Position numbers and translations under genes: made by a program
Source: Nitrososphaerales archaeon
GTDB taxonomy: Archaea > Thermoproteota > Nitrososphaeria > Nitrososphaerales > UBA57
Length of the DNA: 36,061 nt
Assembly: GCA_022449325.1 (NCBI GenBank)
Contig: JAKUSK010000004.1
Location: 1-36,061 of the forward strand
Direction: 5' to 3'
Notes under the pieces: generated by a model
What the model saw: the letters and a program-made list of their open reading frames with translations, nothing else
Databases searched by the model: none
Told to the model about the DNA's origin: nothing
In this document: piece after piece, positions 32,093 through 36,061 of the stretch
Position numbering within the stretch: position 1 is the stretch's first letter
How the letters are laid out: each line of letters begins with the position of its first letter

Positions 32093-34188
32093 CCGAGTAA
32101 TATTATCAATGCGATAATTCCTAATGTAAAGACGAAGACATATTGTTCAGCAATACCTGTTTGAAGTTTTCTTATATTATGTGAAAGGAAAATATTCAAA
32201 TTAGCAATTCGGGTAGCAGTTCCATCTACAACATATCGATCGAATCGACCTCCAAGTTTTGAAGAAGAAATAGAATAATTAGGGACTACGATATTGAGTT
32301 TAGATAGAGTTCCTGTTTCTATATATTTATCAGTGAATTTCGATAGTCTTAACGAACCGTTGATGAAAACAATGTAATAGAGAGAATTAATATACCAACG
32401 ATTTTCGAAGAAAGTTTGTAATTTAGATAGAATTGGAATACTAGTTATTACTTGGTTAGGGGACATTCTGTTGCCTATATAGAACAGATAACTAGATCCA
32501 CAGCCAATTATAACCGCAATAATGGAAGTAGAAACTGCTATACGATTAAGAGAAAATTCGTGGTGTTTAATTTCCATATGAACTGAATGTTCAAGATGAT
32601 GAGCTAAAGAACCCTCAAGAAATCCTTCAACAGTTGGACCAGTAAGACCAATACCAAGAGTGAGGATTGCAAGAATTACATAAGGAGCATACATGATAAC
32701 AGGAGCCTCATGAACATGTTTGCCACTAGATTCCATTTTCTTGATATGGTTACTTGGTTTTCCAAAGAAGATCATTCCAATCATTCTGAAACTATAAAAT
32801 GCAGTCATAACTGCGGTGATACTTGCAATAGCATAAAGAGAGATCAGCATAAGAGAGCTTTCTACGCCAAGTATAGAAGCTAATATTGCATCTTTACTCC
32901 AGAAACCACTAAGGAAAGGAATACCTGCCAAAGACCCAGCTGCAATAGTCATCGCAACAAAAGTTATACGCATTTTAGTTCGAAGGCCTCCCATCTCAGT
33001 CATATATTTAGTATGCGTGCCATGAATTATTGCACCAGCTGCCATGAACAATGCAGCTTTGAATATAGCATGGCTGGTTAAATGGAAGAATCCTGCAGTA
33101 TAAGCAAAGACGAAATCACTAGTCAATCCTGCGACACCGAATGCCAACATCATGTAACCAATTTGAGAAACTGTTGAATAAGCAAGAACTTTTTTGAGTT
33201 CTTTAGAGACCATAGCTTGAGATGCAGCTAAGAATGCAGTGATTGCACCTATCCAGGCAACAAATTCAAAGAACGGCATTATCGTAGCAACATTCTCTAC
33301 AGCAGTTACAAAGATAGGTCCGATACGGGCAATTAGAAAGACTCCAGCTTTTACCATTGTTGCGGCATGAATCAAAGCAGATACAGAAGTTGGACCAGCC
33401 ATAGCATCAGGCAACCATTCTTGTAAAGGAAATTGTGCAGATTTACCAATAGCTCCTCCGAATATGAATAAAGCGACAGGAATCAACAATCCTGACTGGG
33501 CCAAGTCTACAGCCCAACCGTGGCTTTCAGACAATTTAACAAAATCAAAAGTTCCTGAGAAGAAGAATAAGGTCAAGATTCCAATGAGAAATGAGACATC
33601 GCCAACTCGTGTCATGAGAAAAGCCTTGCTGCCTGCGTGTGTAGGAGAGAATGCAAGAGGAATTCCCCAGGCTTTTTGTCCAACAGTTCCAACATAATCT
33701 TTTTTCAGATCTTTATTCCAGAAACTGATCAAGCCATATGAACATAAACCTACACCTTCCCAACCAAAGAATAGTTGAAGGAAGTTATCAGATAGAATAA
33801 TGAGTTGCATGCTTCCTATAAAGAAAACCATCAAGAACCAATATCGTGTCATGTTTTCCTCTCCTTTCATGTATCCGAGGCTGTAAATCATAATTGAGAA
33901 TGATAACCATCCGACTATATTCGCCATGAGTATACTTAATGGATCAGCTAAAACACCAGCAGTAATGTCCAATGCCGCAATCCACATAACTTGATGGTGG
34001 AATGATTCTCCTGCGATTGCAATAGGAAGCATCAATGCACAAAGAATTGCAGAGACTAAAGTGGTAGATATTGCATAGTAATCTCTTATTCGATCACCGA
34101 AACGAGCAATAACGGGCATTAATAATGCGCCGAGAATTGGAACGGCAAATACCAGCCATGGAATTAAGTAATTAATTTCTGCAGCCAT
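32089..34188 (-). CDS. nuoL: NADH-quinone oxidoreductase subunit L (long form, 699 aa)
   Basis: FFGWEGVGLCSY, EWLPDAMAGPTSVSALIHAATMVKAGVFL, LAYSTVSQIGYM. Long C-terminal region with amphipathic helix and terminal TM. Confidence 0.9.
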   Translation of the reverse strand: MAAEINYLIPWLVFAVPILGALLMPVIARFGDRIRDYYAISTTLVSAILCALMLPIAIAGESFHHQVMWIAALDITAGVLADPLSILMANIVGWLSFSIMIYSLGYMKGEENMTRYWFLMVFFIGSMQLIILSDNFLQLFFGWEGVGLCSYGLISFWNKDLKKDYVGTVGQKAWGIPLAFSPTHAGSKAFLMTRVGDVSFLIGILTLFFFSGTFDFVKLSESHGWAVDLAQSGLLIPVALFIFGGAIGKSAQFPLQEWLPDAMAGPTSVSALIHAATMVKAGVFLIARIGPIFVTAVENVATIMPFFEFVAWIGAITAFLAASQAMVSKELKKVLAYSTVSQIGYMMLAFGVAGLTSDFVFAYTAGFFHLTSHAIFKAALFMAAGAIIHGTHTKYMTEMGGLRTKMRITFVAMTIAAGSLAGIPFLSGFWSKDAILASILGVESSLMLISLYAIASITAVMTAFYSFRMIGMIFFGKPSNHIKKMESSGKHVHEAPVIMYAPYVILAILTLGIGLTGPTVEGFLEGSLAHHLEHSVHMEIKHHEFSLNRIAVSTSIIAVIIGCGSSYLFYIGNRMSPNQVITSIPILSKLQTFFENRWYINSLYYIVFINGSLRLSKFTDKYIETGTLSKLNIVVPNYSISSSKLGGRFDRYVVDGTATRIANLNIFLSHNIRKLQTGIAEQYVFVFTLGIIALIILLG

Positions 34189-35717
34189 TATGCCATACCT
34201 CCGAAAGTAGACTGAAGTAATGGAATAAGATTATCAGTAATGACGGAAGGGAAAACTCCAATCAGAAGAGTCAAAGCGCAAAGGAATAATAATGGAATAG
34301 TCATTAATGGTGAAGGATCTTTTAGATTCTCAAAGTCTTTTGGAAGTGTGCCAAAGAATACTTTACGCATAGTAAGTAATGCATAACCTGCAGTAATTGG
34401 CGTACCAGCAAGTGCAAGGGCTGCTATAATTAGTTTGAATGTAGAGCCGCTTTCTAAAGCTCCTCCGAATGCACCTGCAAATATCATCCATTCAGATTGA
34501 AAGCCATTAGTGGGTGGAACGCCTACGATCGCGAGGAATCCAATCATTGCAGCAATACCTGTTATAGGGAGTTTACTGCCAAGACCTCCTAATTTTCTAA
34601 TACTCCTAATACCGCCAGTTTGCATAATTATTGAACCTGCAGCCATAAACAGAAGAGCTTTACCTGTACCGTGGCTGACATAGTGGAATACTGAACCAGT
34701 TACGCCAAGGTAATAGAGGGAACCCATACCAAAAATAATGTATCCCATTTGACTAACACTGGAATAAGCCAGCAGTCGTTTCAGATCGTCTTGTGAATAA
34801 GCCATAAGTCCTCCATAAATCATTGTAAGTAGTCCCCATAATGTGATAACCAGTACAATACTTTGATAAATCGATGGAAGAATAAACACAAATATTCGAA
34901 GGAAAGCATATGCACCAATGCCGATCATGGCAGGAGAAAGTAAAGCACTAATTGGAGTTGGTGATTCTGCATGTGCATATGGTAACCAAACATGAAGACC
35001 TGCAGCGGCAAGTTTCATAAGAAGACCAAAACTAATTGCAATTGCAACCCAGATTCTTATTGAATTAGGTAATCCACTTTCAGCAATTTCTGCAAAATTA
35101 AAACTACCTCCAAAATATCCAACAGTTAGGATTCCAGCAAGTAAAGAAACTGCACCAACATGTGTCCACAAAAAGTACATAACAGAAATTTTTGCTCTTT
35201 CTCCATAACCGAATTCGGAGATTAAAAAGAATGATGGAATCAACATTAGCTCAAAGAAGATATAAAATTGAATCAAGTTGGTAGCGAGTACGGTACCCAA
35301 CATACCTGCAGCATAGATAACATACAAACTGTAATACAAAGCCATTTTTCTATTCATAGCATCGACAGAGAATTTCTTTTTATTTTCATGAAATTCTTCA
35401 CGGACCCGATGTTCCATGTATGGCATGGAGTAAACTGCCAAAGTAGTTGACAAAATCATTATAATCGCAGCAAATGGGAAACTTAATCCGTCAAGATGAA
35501 GTCCAAACTCGCCAATTGGATTCCAAGAATATGTTTCTAGGCGTGTATTTGTGAACAATGAGCCATTATTGTCCATTCCTGAGTACAACACTAAACCAGT
35601 ACTATAAAGCATAATTACGAAGGCAAGCCAGCCAACGTTCTTACCCATTCTAAGTCCAATGAAATAAACTAATGGAGCAAGTAGTATAGGAAGGAAAACA
35701 GATTGTAGTAAGAGCAA
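34188..35717 (-). CDS. Second NuoM-like antiporter subunit (M') inserted between nuoK and nuoL
   Basis: FFELMLIPSF, HVWLPYAHAESPTPISALLSPAMIGIGAYAFLRI, DDLKRLLAYSSVSQMGY. 509 aa. Its stop abuts the nuoL start. Confidence 0.8.
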   Translation of the reverse strand: MLLLQSVFLPILLAPLVYFIGLRMGKNVGWLAFVIMLYSTGLVLYSGMDNNGSLFTNTRLETYSWNPIGEFGLHLDGLSFPFAAIIMILSTTLAVYSMPYMEHRVREEFHENKKKFSVDAMNRKMALYYSLYVIYAAGMLGTVLATNLIQFYIFFELMLIPSFFLISEFGYGERAKISVMYFLWTHVGAVSLLAGILTVGYFGGSFNFAEIAESGLPNSIRIWVAIAISFGLLMKLAAAGLHVWLPYAHAESPTPISALLSPAMIGIGAYAFLRIFVFILPSIYQSIVLVITLWGLLTMIYGGLMAYSQDDLKRLLAYSSVSQMGYIIFGMGSLYYLGVTGSVFHYVSHGTGKALLFMAAGSIIMQTGGIRSIRKLGGLGSKLPITGIAAMIGFLAIVGVPPTNGFQSEWMIFAGAFGGALESGSTFKLIIAALALAGTPITAGYALLTMRKVFFGTLPKDFENLKDPSPLMTIPLLFLCALTLLIGVFPSVITDNLIPLLQSTFGGMA

Positions 35718-35724
35718 ACTCAGA

Positions 35725-36042
35725 TCAACCTCGTAATTTCTTCAGTTCTAGAACGTCGATGTCATTATTTAGTCTGAAAGCTTGAACGATGATTGCCAGA
35801 CCAACCGCTGCTTCAGTAGCAGCTAAGGCAATAGCAAATAGAGAAAAGGTTTGGCCGGTGAGTAATGGTGTATCGTAATATCGAGCAAAAGCGACGAAAT
35901 TGATAATAGCTGCGTTAATAATAATTTCGACAGAGAAAAGTAAACGGATTGCATTTCTTTTTGCAATAAGACCGTAAACACCTACAGACAACAATGCTAG
36001 TGATACAATAAAGTAATTGATTAGAGGTTCCAAAAGAATCAC
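35725..36042 (-). CDS. nuoK: NADH-quinone oxidoreductase subunit K
   Basis: 105 aa, 3 TM. LLFSVEIIINAA and ATEAAVGLAII carry the two conserved membrane glutamates. Confidence 0.85.
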   Translation of the reverse strand: MILLEPLINYFIVSLALLSVGVYGLIAKRNAIRLLFSVEIIINAAIINFVAFARYYDTPLLTGQTFSLFAIALAATEAAVGLAIIVQAFRLNNDIDVLELKKLRG

Positions 36043-36061
36043 CTATTTTCAAATTTAGCCA

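Noticed and set aside
8846-35450. Remaining short track ORFs nested in or antisense to confidently called genes: 8846..9112, 11014..11337, 12380..12595, 13331..13585, 14780..14989, 15507..15761, 16778..16981, 17148..17402, 19290..19481, 20918..21175, 22508..22750, 23623..23904, 24376..24582, 25909..26148, 26281..26676, 26700..26882, 26716..27033, 33464..33697, 35268..35450
   Set aside because: Each is fully contained within a longer ORF that has clear family signatures. None has a motif of its own.
1-36061. CRISPR arrays, transposases, integrases, toxin-antitoxin or defence-island signatures
   Set aside because: I scanned both strands by eye. I found no spaced direct-repeat arrays, no recombinase-like ORFs and no att-like tRNA-flanking duplications. 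Composition is uniform apart from the RNA genes and the 28.1-kb island.

Overview
AT-rich (about one-third GC by eye) archaeal chromosomal segment, almost certainly from an ammonia-oxidising thaumarchaeon (Nitrosopumilus-like). The taxon call is my inference from gene content. It rests on archaeal RNA polymerase subunits Rpo3 and Rpo10, archaeal/eukaryal-type ribosomal proteins, mevalonate/isopentenyl-phosphate pathway genes, an isolated 5S rRNA gene, tRNAs with non-canonical introns, and a complex I module with two NuoM-like subunits. Most of the window is tightly packed housekeeping, in this order: idi2-ipk-mvk; the uS2-enolase-Rpo10-uS9-uL13-L18e-Rpo3 cluster, divergent from uS13-uS4-uS11; glmS; tRNA-Val; a larC/larB/larE set; MTHFS; a DsrE-TusA-peroxiredoxin set; several uncharacterised membrane proteins; a B12-binding protein; tRNA-Trp; PPAT; MetAP; 5S rRNA; TrpRS; PheRS alpha/beta; cyclophilin; GGPP synthase; nuoK-M'-L-M-N. 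I saw no CRISPR array, transposase, integrase or obvious mobile element. Candidates worth following up, in order: (1) A 285-aa protein (18955..19812) carries the W-x9-EH plus ExHxx-x41-Sx-x25-GG signature of CarH-type adenosylcobalamin photoreceptors, but with a non-MerR basic N-terminal domain. It is divergent from a pair of paralogous unknown membrane proteins, with direct repeats in the shared intergenic region. (2) A seven-gene same-strand string links Prx-TusA-DsrE to LarE-LarB, with LarC convergent and no LarA in the window. (3) tRNA-Trp has two introns, the larger with box C/D-like elements and a guide that pairs across C34. (4) A GC-rich island in the longest intergenic region is a possible ncRNA. 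(5) The complex I module has two NuoM-like subunits; the extra one lacks the TM7 lysine. All functional calls come from reading the supplied translations and the DNA by eye. No database search was run.
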